64,000 nucleotides of DNA. Origin: a bacterium. Its GTDB lineage: Bacteria; UBA8248; JACPRG01; G963555815. This document shows, in pieces, positions 30,393-43,256 of the stretch. A model generated the notes under the pieces. That model did no database searches and was not told the origin of the DNA. It saw nothing but the letters and a program-made list of their open reading frames with translations. The translations under genes and the position numbers were made by a program. The number at the start of each line of letters is the position of its first letter. The first letter of the stretch is position 1. The DNA lies in assembly GCA_965261595.1 (NCBI GenBank), contig CBDHDG010000007.1, positions 800,001 to 864,000 of the forward strand, written 5' to 3'.

Positions 30393-31652
30393 TGGAGTTG
30401 ACCCGGTTTGGTGGACACCTGATGATTTGGGGGTAAAGGAGGTGTTCACGATGCCACAGACTCACCCACGCTATCCAATGGAGTTCCGCTGCCAGATGGT
30501 AGAGTTGGTCCGGGCGGGACGCACGCCCGAGGCGCTGGCGCACGAGTTCGAGCCCTCGGCGCAGACGATCCGCACCTGGGCCCATCAAGCCGACGTTGAC
30601 GAGGGGCGTCGCAAAGACGGGCTCACGAGCGATGAGCGGGAGGAGTTGCGCCGACTTCGCCGCGAGAACCGACAGCTCCGCCAGGAGCGGGAGATCTTAG
30701 CAAAAGCCGCGGCCTGGTTTGCTCGGGATACCGATTCGATCCCGTCCGGATCTACGGGTTCGTGAGGGCGAACCAGGCCATGTATCGGACCGCCACCATG
30801 TGCCGGGTGCTGGGCGTCTCCTCCAGCGGCTACTACGCGTGGCGCAGGCGCGCGCCGTGTGCCCGCTCGTGTGCCGATCGGGCGCTCACCAAACGCATTC
30901 AGGCGATCCACGAGCGTTCTCGGGGGACTTACGGCGTGCCGCGCGTCCATGCCGAGTTGGAGGCTGAGGGAGTGCGTGTGGGCCGCAAGCGCGTCGCCAG
31001 GCTGATGCGTGGGGCGGGACTTGCGGGCGTCAGTCGGCGCAAGGGAGCGCGCACGACGCAGCGCCGGCAGGAGGCGCGGCCGGCCCCTGATCTGGTGGAC
31101 CGCAACTTCACGGCCGAGGCCCCCGACCGGCTGTGGGTGGCCGACATCACCTACGTTCCGACATGGGCGGGGTTTTTGTATCTGGCCGTGGCGCTCGATG
31201 CGTTCAGCCGGCGCATCGTGGGGTGGTCGATGGCCACACACCTGCGGGCCGAGTTGGTGCTCGACGCGCTCGACATGGCGCTGTATAAGCGCCGTCCCCG
31301 GGCCGTCATCCACCACTCCGACCAGGGCACGCAGTACACCTCGGTCGCCTTTGGGCAGCGCTGCCGCCAGGCGGGCGGGCGTCCCTCCATGGGTTCGGTC
31401 GGGGACTGCTACGACAACGCGCTGTGTGAGAGTTTTTTCGCCACGCTGGAGTGCGAGCTCCTCGCTCGCCACAGTTTCCGCACCCGGGCCGAGGCGCGCA
31501 TGGAGGTGTTCGGGTTCATCGAGGGCTTCTACAACCCGCATCGTCGGCACTCCTCCATCGACAACCTGTCACCCGTTAACTACGAAAGGAGACAACAACG
31601 CACACCCTGAAAACCCAAGTGCTTAACTCTCCACGAAACCGGGGTAAGTCCA
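30393..31652 (+). mobile_element. IS3-family element B (1260 bp): orfA 30451-30765, orfB to 31610
   Basis: TG..CA ends with imperfect IR; orfA ends ILAKAAAWF with an AAAAG slip-like site; orfB has WVADITY, HHSDQG and DNALCESFF. Confidence 0.92.
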
Positions 31653-32204
31653 GGTGCAATTGGGGTTGGATTGGCATATAAATCCCTTGTGTTGCAAAAG
31701 ACTCCGGACTTTTCACTCGGGCAGACAACATCATCCGAGCAAGAGGAGGAGCAATTACGCGGGGAAGCGAGGGATGAAGCGGAAGTTGCGAGATTGTTAA
31801 AGGAAAAGGAGAACCGGAACGCCAATCCATAACTTCCTCTATGGTGCTCAAGATTCCCACCACACACCCTGCTCATTTTTTCAGTGGTCTGCCCCCGTGG
31901 AACGCGACCCAAGCTGGAAGGTTGGAGAATTTGGAAACCGGGTTTGGGTTTCCTTTTGTCCTGAGGGTTGGTGGGAAATTTCCATCGCCAGGGAAAATCA
32001 GTTCGGAGTAAGAAAAGGCGGAGTGGAGTGTGCCGGATAGAAACTTTTTGGGGCTTTGAAAAGGGTCCCATGTAGGGTTAGTTCGAGGCCCCTGGGACCC
32101 CCCAAGAGCCGCGAGGCGTCTGAATGGGTCGCGGCCTCTGAACCGGGGGCCAAAAGGGGCTAACATGCCTCGCAGGGGTCCCTTGAGTCACGGAGGAGAA
32201 AAAC

Positions 32205-32351
32205 ATGACAGGGGCAAAATCTTCAGCAATCCTGACGGTTCTCGGTATTCTGGCGGTACTACTGGTTAGCTGCGAATCTGGTCAAGAGAGTCGTGCAAAG
32301 CGAAGCCAACCGAAAACCTTGAAAGAGAGTCTCTCGCTATGCGGGAATTAA
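32205..32351 (+). CDS. Small lipoprotein-like ORF (48 aa), probably truncated
   Basis: GGAGGAG RBS; MTGAKSSAILTVLGILAVLLVSC lipobox; stop falls in a palindromic repeat. Confidence 0.4.
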   Translation: MTGAKSSAILTVLGILAVLLVSCESGQESRAKRSQPKTLKESLSLCGN

Positions 32352-32788
32352 GGGGACACCATACTTATTTCTGGAATTATGCATGGTGTCCCCAAATCCA
32401 TCTCAGATCGAAAAAATGGTTGCCGGATCATTGAATTCGTATTAGTTTCGTTCTATGGATTGGGCCTGCCGGAATGGAAGATTCATTGGATTGGGACAGG
32501 GAGCGGTCGGCGATCCCCTCTCCGCGGGGGTGGAGCGGTTGAAAAACATAAAAGTACGATCCAAACCCAAAGGCGGAACAAGAATAAAATCAATCTGTTT
32601 TGAATTCGAGACAACATGAAATCAGGTTATTGACCTAGCAGTTGGTTGAATCGCCCGTTTCCCCCCCCCTGCCGTTGGCCCCTTGCGGCCGCCCATTCAT
32701 GCGGTAAACTCCAGGGGCGGCTGTTTCAAGCCTTTCCTTGGCGGCGCCGGAGGAAGCTTCTCCTGGAAACCATTTAAGGAACGACAAA

Positions 32789-33904
32789 ATGCCCCCCCCA
32801 CCCCCTCACCCCCCCATCGCCGTCCTCGGCGGAGGGAACGGCGCGCACGCCCTGGCGGCGGACGCCGCTCTTCAGGGTTACCGCGTCCGGATGTACGAAG
32901 ACCCGGCGTTCGAAGAGCATTTCCGCCCCACGCGCGAGGCGGGGAAGATCGAGCTCATCGCACCTCACCGAAGCGGCGTCGCGTCGCTCGATTGCGCCAC
33001 GCACGACATGGCCGAGGCCCTTGAAGGCGTCTCCCTGATCAACATCGTCACGCCCACGGGCGGCCACCCCCCGATGTTCGATCGCCTCGTTCCGCTTCTC
33101 AAGCCGGGCCACAAGGTCATCGTCTGGGCGGGACGGTTCGGCGGCATGCGCCTCGCCAAGCGCATCCTCGACGCGGGGAAGGCGGACGAAGGTGTCGCCG
33201 TCGCCGAGACCAACACCCTGCCCTACGGGACGCGCCTCACCGGCCCGGCCCGGGTGACGGTCTTCTACCCGGCCGTCCGAATCTTCGTGGGGACGATCCC
33301 GGCGGCGGGGTCCCCGGCGCTCACCGAAGAGATCAAGGGATTCTGCCCCATCGCCCTGCCGGCGTGGGACATCCTCTCCGCCGCGTTCCGAAACGGCGCC
33401 ATCGTCGTCTATCCGGCGGGGGCGCTGCTCAACGCCGGCCGGGTCGAGCGCTCGGGCGGCGAGTTTTTCATGTTCAGAGAGGGGATCACGCCCGCCGTCG
33501 CCCGGGTCATCCGCGCGCTCTACGGGGAGCTCGAGGCGGTCGGCGAGGCCCTGGGTCTTGACGTGGAGCGGTATCCCGAGGAGGCCTTCGACCCGCCGCA
33601 CTCCATCGAGAAGGAGGAGTTCAGCGACCCCTCGGGCTCGTCGGCGCCGCTGAACAACCTCAAGGGCCCGGTCTCGATCCCGACGCGCTATCTCTACGAG
33701 AACCTCCGGGACGCCTTGGCCGTTGTGGCCGAGCTGGGCCGGGTCGCGGGCGTGCCGACGCCCGGGTGCGAGGCGATGGTCCGCCTGGGCGGGATGCTCA
33801 CCGGCGAGGATTTCTGGGCCGGCCGGCAGGGGCTGGAGACGATGGGCCTCGACGGCCTGGACGCGGAGGGGATCAGGGAAAGACTGGCCAGGGGTCTGTC
33901 TTAA
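32789..33904 (+). CDS. NAD/NADP octopine/nopaline (opine) dehydrogenase family
   Basis: IAVLGGGNGAHALAAD Rossmann motif, ETNTLPY, LLNAGRVE, EGITPAV and GVPTP motifs. Confidence 0.85.
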   Translation: MPPPPPHPPIAVLGGGNGAHALAADAALQGYRVRMYEDPAFEEHFRPTREAGKIELIAPHRSGVASLDCATHDMAEALEGVSLINIVTPTGGHPPMFDRLVPLLKPGHKVIVWAGRFGGMRLAKRILDAGKADEGVAVAETNTLPYGTRLTGPARVTVFYPAVRIFVGTIPAAGSPALTEEIKGFCPIALPAWDILSAAFRNGAIVVYPAGALLNAGRVERSGGEFFMFREGITPAVARVIRALYGELEAVGEALGLDVERYPEEAFDPPHSIEKEEFSDPSGSSAPLNNLKGPVSIPTRYLYENLRDALAVVAELGRVAGVPTPGCEAMVRLGGMLTGEDFWAGRQGLETMGLDGLDAEGIRERLARGLS

Positions 33905-33914
33905 CGGCTTGTTA

Positions 33915-33990
33915 GGGGGGCCTTTTTGAAAACTGCCCCCCCTAAGATCCCCCGGAAAACTTTTTGCGGCCAAGCCTTTGGCTTGGCCTT
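33915..33990. repeat. Second copy of the palindromic unit at 112-190
   Basis: GGGGG..TTTTTGAAAA..CCCCC..GGAAAACT..GCGGCCAAGCCTT.GGCTTGGCCTT shared. Confidence 0.65.
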
Positions 33991-34084
33991 TTCGCGTTGT
34001 GGGTCGAGCTGTTCATCGTGGGGTTTTACCGCGCGGAGCGGTCGGACGATCCGACTTGAGCGAGTGAAACCGAACCCCAATTTC

Positions 34085-34112
34085 TTGACATCTCCCAGGC
34101 CAGGCCTAAAAA
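34085..34112 (+). promoter_or_regulatory. Sigma70-like promoter for tRNA-Arg-tadA
   Basis: TTGACA-16bp-TAAAAT about 40 bp before the tRNA. Confidence 0.55.
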
Positions 34113-34152
34113 TAAAATCGTCTAAGAAGTGATGACTCAAGCCATGACCGAT

Positions 34153-34229
34153 GCGCCCTTAGCTCAATTGGATAGAGCGTCGGACTACGGATCCGAAGGT
34201 TGGAGGTTCGATTCCTCTAGGGCGTACCA
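34153..34229 (+). tRNA. tRNA-Arg(ACG)
   Basis: Cloverleaf; anticodon arm TCGGA-CTACGGA-TCCGA; GGTTCGATTCC; CCA end. Confidence 0.97.
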
Positions 34230-34244
34230 TTTCTGTTTGCGGAG

Positions 34245-34733
34245 TTGATCTCCCGCGTGCCTGACCCGGATCTTCGGTGGATGCGCCGCGCGGTCGATCT
34301 GGCCGAAGAGGCGGCCCGGGCGGAAGAGGTGCCCGTCGGGGCGGTGATCGTCCGGGACGGGAAGGTCGTCGCCGAGGCCCGAAACGAGGTCGAGGCGCTG
34401 GGAGATCCCACCGCGCACGCCGAGATGCTTGCGATCCGGCGGGCGGCGGGAGAACTCGGCCGGCCCCGGCTGGAGGGGGCGGCCCTGTATACAACGCTGG
34501 AGCCCTGCGCCATGTGCGCGGGGGCCGTCCTCCTCGCGCGGGTCGACCGGCTGGTGTTCGCGGCCCGGGACCCCAAGGGAGGATGCGCGGGCAGTCTGTA
34601 TGACCTGTTGACCGACCCGCGGTTCAATCACCGGGTCGTGGTGGCGAAGGGCCCGCTAGCCGAGGAGTCGGCCGGCCTGCTTCAAGCGTTCTTCCGGGCG
34701 CGCCGGAACGCGGCGGAGGAAACGCGCGGCTAG
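34245..34733 (+). CDS. tadA: tRNA adenosine(34) deaminase
   Basis: EVPVGAV, DPTAHAE, TLEPCAMC and FFRARR motifs. Confidence 0.93.
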   Translation: MISRVPDPDLRWMRRAVDLAEEAARAEEVPVGAVIVRDGKVVAEARNEVEALGDPTAHAEMLAIRRAAGELGRPRLEGAALYTTLEPCAMCAGAVLLARVDRLVFAARDPKGGCAGSLYDLLTDPRFNHRVVVAKGPLAEESAGLLQAFFRARRNAAEETRG

Positions 34734-34760
34734 CGGAGGAGGAAGACCGGAGCACCCGTC

Positions 34761-34850
<90 letters not shown>

Positions 34851-34979
34851 ACAACTAGTAGTAAATCATTTATTATAAATCACTTATCTTGTATTGAAAA
34901 AATAGGTTATCACTAATGTTATCAATTCTCCATTATTTGCCGTCTCATCTTCACCGCGGTAAGCTTCTCGTCTCTGAAG

Positions 34980-35100
34980 CGTAGTGAAGCCGGGCAGCTG
35001 GCTTGGCGTGATGACCGTTTCCGGCGCTGGCGGCCGGTATCCTAGGCTGCTATATGGGCGGACCGTTTTGTTGTGGTACCACCATGCCTCGATGAGGGCC
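34980..35100 (-). mobile_element. IS3-family transposase C-terminal remnant
   Basis: Minus strand reads LIEAWWYHNKTVRPYSSLGYRPPAPET. Confidence 0.6.
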
Positions 35101-35103
35101 TAG

Positions 35104-36783
35104 CCCGCATTTCCCATTTGGGTCATAAGATTCGACAGACCGAAAGGCGCTTTCTCATGTAAAATCAGCGTGTTGGCTTCCCCCTGCCACGTTCTCGCGG
35201 GGTAACCCTATGGGTGAAGCGAAAAAGACGGCATTGCGGGTCCATTTTAACCGTAGGCTGAGGCTTGACTTTCACGGAGCCAGAATCACTTCAGATACAG
35301 GATTGCTGGCCTGCCGGGAGTTGGATGATGCGCTGGGTTTGACGGTGAGAGCGCCAGCCCACTTGCAAGAGATCCGTCATGGCCGGAACGTCCAGCATGA
35401 GTTGGTGCCGCTATTGCGCCAGTCACTCTATAGTCGCCTGGCCGGGTACGAGGACACCAACGATGCTGAGCGATTGGCGAGAGACCCTGCTATGCAAGCC
35501 GTAGTTGGCCGGCGGGCACTTGAGAAGCAGGCGGCCAGTACCAACACATGGAGCCGGTTCGAGACTGAAGTTCTCTGCAGCGAGGAGAACCTGAGTAGGC
35601 TGAGGCAACTGAACACGGAATGGGTAGAGCGGGCCATGAGCCGCACGCCGCATCAGCGGGTCATCCTGGACATGGATAGCTCGGAAAGCCGGGTGCACGG
35701 ACAGCAGGAAGGGACTGCCTATAACGGTCACTTCGGTTCCCTCTGCTACCATCCCTTATTCTGCTTCAACCAGTTTGGGGACTGCGAGGGGGCGATGTTG
35801 CGTCCGGGCAACGTTCACAGCGCCGATGGGTGGCGAAAGTTGTTGGAGCCCATCACGGCCCGCTATGAGCACGCGGATGTTCGCCGTTCCTTTCGGGCCG
35901 ATGCCGCCTTTACGAGCCCCGAGGTCCATGAGTACTTGGAAGAGCGTGGCTTCCTCCACGCCATCCGGCTCCCTGCGAACGAAGTGCTCTACCCACGGAT
36001 CGACTTCCTGCTGACTCGCCCGGTCGGTCGCCCGCCCAAGAGACCCATCATCTTCTATCACGACTTCCGGTATCAGGCTGGAAGCTGGGACCACCCCCGA
36101 GGGGTGGTGGCGAAGGTGGAATGGCACTCAGGCGAACTCTTCCCTCGCGTCGGATTCATTGTCACGAACCTGACGGCTCGACCCGAGGGGGTCGTGCACT
36201 TCTACAACCAGCGAGGCACAGCCGAGCAATGGATCAAGGAAGGCAAGTACGCCCTGAACTGGACACGCCCTTCCTGTCACCGGTTCGTGTGCAACCAGGT
36301 GCGGCTCCTTCTCTTCGTCCTGGGGTACAACCTGGGCAATTTCCTGCGGAGGCTAGCCTTGCCCAGGGGGCTCAAGCACTGGTCGCTGCGAAGCCTCCAG
36401 GTCAAGCTCATCAAAATGGGCGGCCGGATTGTGCGCCATGTCCGGCACATCATCTTTCAGTTGGCCGAGGTAGCCGTATCCAGGGAGGTGTTCGCTCTCA
36501 TCCTGGACCGGATCAACCGATTGCGGCCCGTACCTGTCCAACCGCTCTCAGCGCAGTCCACCCGAGGACAAAATGGTGAATGTTCTGTCCCTTCCAGATG
36601 ACCTGCTGGGAAGGCTCGCCTACCCGGAGGGGTGGCATGATTTTCAATGGTGGACAACGCTCCGATTAGGGTTTCAGGCACCTGAAATGCGATTGACAGG
36701 TCCGGGAGAGAGGGGTCTAATTGACTTAAACAGCAACGAGTGGTCGGTACAGGCCTGTCCGGATTTGATATGGGAAATTCCGG
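35104..36783 (+). mobile_element. IS1380-family element; transposase 35210-36601
   Basis: Ends CCCGCATTTCCCAT and ATGGGAAATTCCGG; LDMDSS, YNGHF..YHPL, RADAAF and YNQRGTAEQWIKEGK motifs. Confidence 0.92.
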
Positions 36784-36870
36784 TTCATTCATGAGGCCGT
36801 CCTGGCGATGTCGGACGGGCCTCCATAAGGCGTTGAAAGAGGAATTCCTGGTGTCCTGAAAATCAGAGAA

Positions 36871-39292
36871 ATGGAGAGGGCGATGATCGGGCGAATTCTC
36901 TGGAAATACGTTCTTGGTTGCGTGCTGACGGCGGTGCTGGCGGTGGCGCCGATGGCCGGCTCCGCTGAGGCGGCAAAAAAGATCCGCGTCGCCATTGCCT
37001 TCAATGGGCCCATTAAAGACTTGGGTTGGGCCCAAGGGGGGTTCAACGGGGCCATGAAGCTCAAGGAAGACCCCGGCGTGGCGGAGGTCACATTCCATGA
37101 GAGAATCAAGAACGCTGACATCGAGCGGACGCTGCGGCGATGGGCGGTTGCGGGATACGACCTCATCATCGGACACAGTTTCGAGTTTGGCGAGCCTGCC
37201 TTAAAGGTGGCCCCCAGCTTCCCGAACAGCGTCTTCGCCGTGCCCTATTTTTTCAAGACGGGTGGGAACCCGAATATGGTGACCTACGGGCCTGGACCGC
37301 CCCTGGGTTATTGGACACTCGGGTGAGGGTATTCGACCTCATGCGGCCTCCGCAACTTGAGCGAGTTTTTCCTGCCTTGCCTGGGCCGGCGTTCGGTAGC
37401 CGTAGCCCTCGAGAATCCAATGATGGTTGTACAGGTTCTTGAACTCAAGCAGCGCCCACCGCAGTTCCTCTACGGTGGCGAAAGAGCGCACCCACAGGAG
37501 ATTCTCCTTCAAGATGCGGATGAACCACTCACAGTAGCCATTTCCCTCGGGCGCCCGCACGAAGCTGGGCGAACTGGTCATGCCCAGGTAGGCGATCTCC
37601 CGCTGAAAGTCATCGGACAGATAGGCGGGGCCGTGGTCGTGACGAACTTTAAGCCCCTCGGCGACATCCGCCTCCAAGCCGGCGAAGCGCTCGGCGACCC
37701 CCTGCCGGATCGGCTCCAGGGCCTCGAAGCGGTTGCCGCTCTTGGCCGCATGGATCCCCACGCAGTCCACCGAGCAGTGATCCACCGCCACGAACACCGA
37801 GGCCATCCCCTCCTCGGTGGTCACCGTCGTCGTCATGTCCGTGCCCCACATTCGGTCGGGCCGCTCGGTGCGGATGGTCCCGTTGTGGGCCTTGGGACCT
37901 CGGGGTTTGCCCACCCGGTGGGGGGCCTGAAGCCCCGCCTCCCGCATCAGGCGACGCACCCGCTCCTTGCTGGTGCGGATGCCCGCGAAGCGCAGCCTCG
38001 CCCACACCTTGCGGTAGCCCTCGCCATGGAAGGGAGAGTCCTCCAGGACCTGCCGGATGTGGCCGAGGAGTTCCGCATCGGTGCACGGGCCCACAGGGCC
38101 GCGCTTATTGGGCGTGGGGCGTTCATGAACGGGGACCGCCTCTCGCCGCCGTTGCGCGTAGACCGTGGAGCGCGCCAAGCCTCAAAGGGCGCACACCCGC
38201 TTCAGGCCGTAGGCTCTGCCCGTGGAGGTGAAGCGGGCCTGACTCATCGCCTCCACCTCCTGCCGGCTAAAGGGCGGCCGGCCTCCAGGCGGTCGATCTT
38301 CTCCCGCAGGACCTCGCCCTCCATCGTGAGTTCGCCCACCTTGGCCTTGAGCCGGGCGTTCTCCTCGGCCCGCTCATCCGCCGGGCGGGCTTTGAGCGCC
38401 GCCTCGCCCCCGCGAAGGAACGCCTCGCGCCAGGCGGAAAGCCGAGCCGCTGTCGTGCCCAACTCGCGGCAGAGCGTCTCCAGGCTCTCGCCCCGCAAAA
38501 GACGCAGGACCGCCTCCCGCTTGCGCTGGCAGGAGAACCGACCCCGCTCACTGCGATGCCCTGGGGCCTTGGCTCCGTTCGCCCTGCGGGCGCCCTCCGC
38601 CAAAGCCCCCTCTTGCTTTTGTTCGTTCATCGCGACACCCCTTTCTCCATGAATCATGGATCAATCGAGTGTCCAACAAAACCCTAGAGCGGGGGAGGCC
38701 CTCGCCCCACGAGGCGTTTTACTTGGCCGGCGCCCTGGCCGCCCTGATGAGCAAGTCCAAGAAGATCGGCAGCATTGGCGGGTTCCCCATTCCCCAACAG
38801 AACGCCGAACATAACGCCTACAAGCTGGGCGCCCGTGCGGTGGTCCCCAATATCAAGGTGGCGACCGTGTTTATCAGTTCCTGGTCGGATGTCTTCAAGG
38901 GCAAGGAGGCCGCCTTAGCTATGATGGACCAGGGCGTGGATGTGGTTGTTGGAACCGGCAGCCCGATGTTGTTCGGGGCCATCAAGGCCGCGGAGGAGAG
39001 GGGGGTTTACGCCATGGGGGACTTCCTGGACGTGAACAAATCCGCGCCTGATACGGTCATCACGAGTGTCGTTTACGGCTGGCACGCCCCCTTGAAGCAG
39101 ATCGTTCTGGGCATCAAGAAGGGAAAGGTCAAGCAGGTGAACCTGCTCGGCTTGCGGGATGGCGGGGCGACGTTGGCGCCGTTCAATCGCAAGGTTCCCC
39201 CCGAGGTCGCGCAGAAAGTCCGGGGATTGGAAAAAGACATCATGGCCGGCAAGATTAAGGTTCCTTGGTTGGCCAAGAAGTTGATCGACTAG
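36871..39292 (+). pseudogene. BMP-family ABC substrate-binding protein split by IS
   Basis: GPIKDLGW..GYDLIIGHSFEF before the IS; EAFYLAGALAA..KIGSIGG after it; TSD GGCC. Confidence 0.88.
37293..38696 (-). mobile_element. IS3-family element A, copy 3 (TGA in orfB; WGTD allele)
   Basis: 1404 bp; TSD GGCC. Confidence 0.95.
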
Positions 39293-39314
39293 CAGGTTAC
39301 GGAAAAACGCCTAA

Positions 39315-39787
39315 CCCGCATTTCTCACCAACCGCTCAGCGGATGCATTATCGAGTGTGATTTGGAGTATTTTCTGCTGTCTGGCGCTTTGGCGGTGGAA
39401 CCAGGTCGGTGGATGGGTGAAGTTGACCCGTGAGCGGGGCTTTTTGGCCGTTTTGGCCCGGCCCCGGACGCACCCCTACCTCTCCCCCCGCTACTGCTTC
39501 ATTTTCAGGTGTGGCTTAGACGGCGGGCTCCGCCTCCGGCCCCGCGCGCAGGTTCCGCCAGGCGTGGAAGAACACCTTCACATACGGATTGCCCGAGGCC
39601 AAGGCCACCTGGATCCGCCTGACGCTCACCCGAACCTGCGCCCCGATCTTTAGCAGCCGCGTACGCACCGTCCCCACCGTCGCTTTGGCAAACGCCGTCC
39701 CCCGAAGGCCCAGACGACGCAACGCATGCATCAGTTCATAGGCCACCGCCGACAGGTAGAGCCGCAACTGGTTGGAGCGCATCCGCG
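39315..39787 (-). mobile_element. IS1380 remnant (3' end; closely related to 60405-62099)
   Basis: MRSNQLRLYLSAVAYELMHALRR.. nearly identical to the C-terminus of 60496-61899; end CCCGCATTTCTCACCA. Confidence 0.88.
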
Positions 39788-42700
39788 ATTCAATGTCCTG
39801 AAGACGGTTCTGAGCTGGCTGGCCCGCCTAGTTCCTGCGCTAGAGGAGTGGTATCCCACGCTGCCGTCCGGACCAGTCGCGCTCCGGTTCCGGTTCCCGG
39901 ACATCGAGACATTCGGCCAGCGCGAGATTGACCTGGAGCGAACGGCGGGGGCACCTGCGGTAGCGGTGCAGGACAGAGAAATCGTGATCGACTTCCACCC
40001 GCGTTACCTGCAGAGTTTCCTTGCCCCAGGCAATCTCGGCGACCGCCTGATGATCGCAGCGATGGCACGAGGGCTGGAGGCGTTGTGCGGCAGCGAGCCT
40101 CTCGCAGAGTCAGCGATGGAGGTGTGGGTGCGAACCGTGGCGGGGTCGGATAACGACCGTTTCCTCAAGATGAGAACCAGCAGGACACCTAACGACCTCG
40201 TCTATGATGTTGCCGCGCTCCCGGAGTTGCGTCTGCCGATGCCGGAGGACCTGGCCCGGAGCCGGCTGGACCTGGCGCGGCTCGCGGGATACGAGGGCGA
40301 ACCGGGTCCGATCCCGTCCTCTCTAGCTGGGAACCTCCTCAATTCCGCGGTCGATGCGGTGTGGAAGCGCGTGGCAGAGCGGCTCGCGGGACTCTCCCGC
40401 GAGAGCACGGTCGAACGAGCGCTCCTGAACTACGTCGCCGCCTGTCAGGAGCACAGGGACTGGCTGCTCGCGATGGCGCCGCGGCTCGCTGTCTACGATG
40501 CGGCACAGATTATGGACGCCTCGACCGAGCGGATCACCTTGCGGGACATTGCCAGTCTCACGTCCCGGGTCATTGCGGAGATGGCGTTGTGTGCGTCTCC
40601 CTGCAGCGGCGGGGCCGCTTGCGCGGAGATGGACTTAGACCTTCCTGATCGCGGAGGTGTGGACGCTTGTAGAATGCGCCAACCAAAGCGATGCATTGCA
40701 CTACGGCCTCGCGGATCGGCCGCCGGTTATGCGCCCGAACGGCTCTGGACCGCCCCTGGGTTATTGGACACTCGGGTGAGGGTATTCGACCTCATGCGGC
40801 CTCCGCAACTTGAGCGAGTTTTTCCTGCCTTGCCTGGGCCGGCGTTCGGTAGCCGTAGCCCTCGAGAATCCAATGATGGTTGTACAGGTTCTTGAACTCA
40901 AGCAGCGCCCACCGCAGTTCCTCTACGGTGGCGAAAGAGCGCACCCACAGGAGATTCTCCTTCAAGATGCGGATGAACCACTCACAGTAGCCATTTCCCT
41001 CGGGCGCCCGCACGAAGCTGGGCGAACTGGTCATGCCCAGGTAGGCGATCTCCCGCTGAAAGTCATCGGACAGATAGGCGGGGCCGTGGTCGTGACGAAC
41101 TTTAAGCCCCTCGGCGACGTCCGCCTCCAAGCCGGCGAAGCGCTCGGCGACCCCCTGCCGGATCGGCTCCAGGGCCTCGAAGCGGTTGCCGCTCTTGGCC
41201 GCATGGATCCCCACGCAGTCCACCGAACAGTGATCCACCGCCACGAACACCGAGGCCATCCCCTCCTCGGTGGTCACCGTCGTCGTCATGTCCGTGCCCC
41301 ACATTCGGTCGGGCCGCTCGGTGCGGATGGTCCCGTTGTGGGCCTTGGGACCTCGGGGTTTGCCCACCCGGTGGGGGGCCTGAAGCCCCGCCTCCCGCAT
41401 CAGGCGACGCACCCGCTCCTTGCTGGTGCGGATGCCCGCGAAGCGCAGCCTCGCCCACACCTTGCGGTAGCCCTCGCCATGGAAGGGAGAGTCCTCCAGG
41501 ACCTGCCGGATGTGACCGAGGAGTTCCGCATCGGTGCACGGGCCCACAGGGCCGCGCTTATTGGGCGTGGGGCGTTCATGAACGGGGACCGCCTCTCGCC
41601 GCCGTTGCGCGTAGACCGTGGAGCGCGCCAAGCCCCAAAGGGCGCACACCCGCTTCAGGCCGTAGGCTCTGCCCGTGGAGGTGAAGCGGGCCTGACTCAT
41701 CGCCTCCACCTCCTGCCGGCTAAAGGGCGGCCGGCCTCCAGGCGGTCGATCTTCTCCCGCAGGACCTCGCCCTCCATCGTGAGTTCGCCCACCTTGGCCT
41801 TGAGCCGGGCGTTCTCCTCGTCCCGCTCATCCGCCGGGCGGGCTTTGAGCGCCGCCTCGCCCCCGCGAAGGAACGCCTCGCGCCAGGCGGAAAGCCGAGC
41901 CGCTGTCGTGCCCAACTCGCGGCAGAGCGTCTCCAGGCTCTCGCACCGCAAAAGACGCAGGACCGCCTCCCGCTTGCGCTGGCAGGAGAACCGACCCCGC
42001 TCACTGCGATGCCCTGGGGCCTTGGCTCCGTTCGCCCTACGGGCGCCCTCCGCCAAAGCCCCCTCTTGCTTTTGTTCGTTCATCGCGACACCCCTTTCTC
42101 CATGAATCATGGATCAATCGAGTGTCCAACAAAACCCTAGAGCGGGGGAGCTCCTTCGAATTCGATGTGTCGGCCCTACAGACGTCAGCCCCGATGATAG
42201 GCGAACGTTGGCGCCGGAAATTCCGCGATGCAGCGGAGCAACGTGGCGAGGATGAAGAAACACTGGGTCGAAAATTCCAGCATGTGTTCGCCGCCGAGTT
42301 CGGCCTCACGCCGGAACAGTACGGGGAGTTCGTCCTTCAAGCGGCGATTGAGGCTGTGGATGCCGGCGCGGCCCTTGTAAAGCTACGGAGAAGTAAAGTA
42401 GTGCGGTGGTTGCGGGACGTTGGCGCGGCGGATGCGGACCACGCGTTCGAGGCGCTTGTCCTCCGCCCCAGGGACCGGTGGAATGAGAGCCGGCCGGCGA
42501 ACGCGGAGGCAAGGGACTGGTATCCGTGGCGGTTCAACAGGCGTTTGTCGGTATTAAGGCGGCCTCTCATCCAATTGTCTAGGGAGGACGACCCGACCGT
42601 TATCTTGGCTTCCTCGATACTTGCCGATACGCTGGGTTATCTGGGGATGGCGGAAGTCGGCGGACGTCTCGAATCCCTCTTCGACAGTCCTGAAATGATT

Positions 42701-43193
42701 GCTTTCGTTGGCAGGGCCACAGATAGGCATGGGCATGCATTCGCGCGGAAAGTGGAGAATCGGCTCGCCGACCTGGATTGGAAGACGGCGAGGGAGCTGG
42801 GTCTCACACGGTTTGGAGGCCCGGATTCGCTTGGAGACGTGGATGTCCTCTGCTGGCACCCGTCGAGCGGCGTAGTTTATGTGATCGAGTGCAAGAGTCT
42901 ACGGTTCGACAGCACCCTGGGCGAGATCGGGGAGCGTCTGGCGGAATATGCTGCCGGGACCGTCGGGGGGAAGCGCACTCCCCTGCAGAAACATCTCGAC
43001 CGCATGTCTTTTTTCGAGACTAACCCCCAAAGCCCTCGCAGATTTCACCGGCATCCCAGCGCCTCGGGTGCGGCTGCGCTCGGGGCTTGTGACGGAGAGC
43101 CTCGGTTCGTTGCAATTCGGAGGAGATGCCCGCAAGATGCTGGATGTCGTTACGGACTACGAACTGCTCGAAGAGCAGCTGCCTAAGATATGA
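39788..43193 (+). pseudogene. Large protein with C-terminal PD-(D/E)xK-like nuclease; 5'-truncated, IS-split and frameshifted
   Basis: GDVDVL..VIECK motif; reading resumes across IS copy 4; frameshifts near 40640 and 43028. Confidence 0.65.
40746..42149 (-). mobile_element. IS3-family element A, copy 4 (orfB open, WGTD)
   Basis: 1404 bp; TSD GCTC. Confidence 0.95.
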
Positions 43194-43256
43194 ATTGATG
43201 TCGATGAGGAGGTAGAACATCTTCATGCCGATATCTGAAAAGAGAAATCGAGCAAT

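Noticed and set aside
30184..30450. N-terminal extensions MSNKTLERG.. on ORFs at 30184, 38669, 42122 and 49626
   Set aside because: Read-out from the IS end into flanking DNA, not real gene starts
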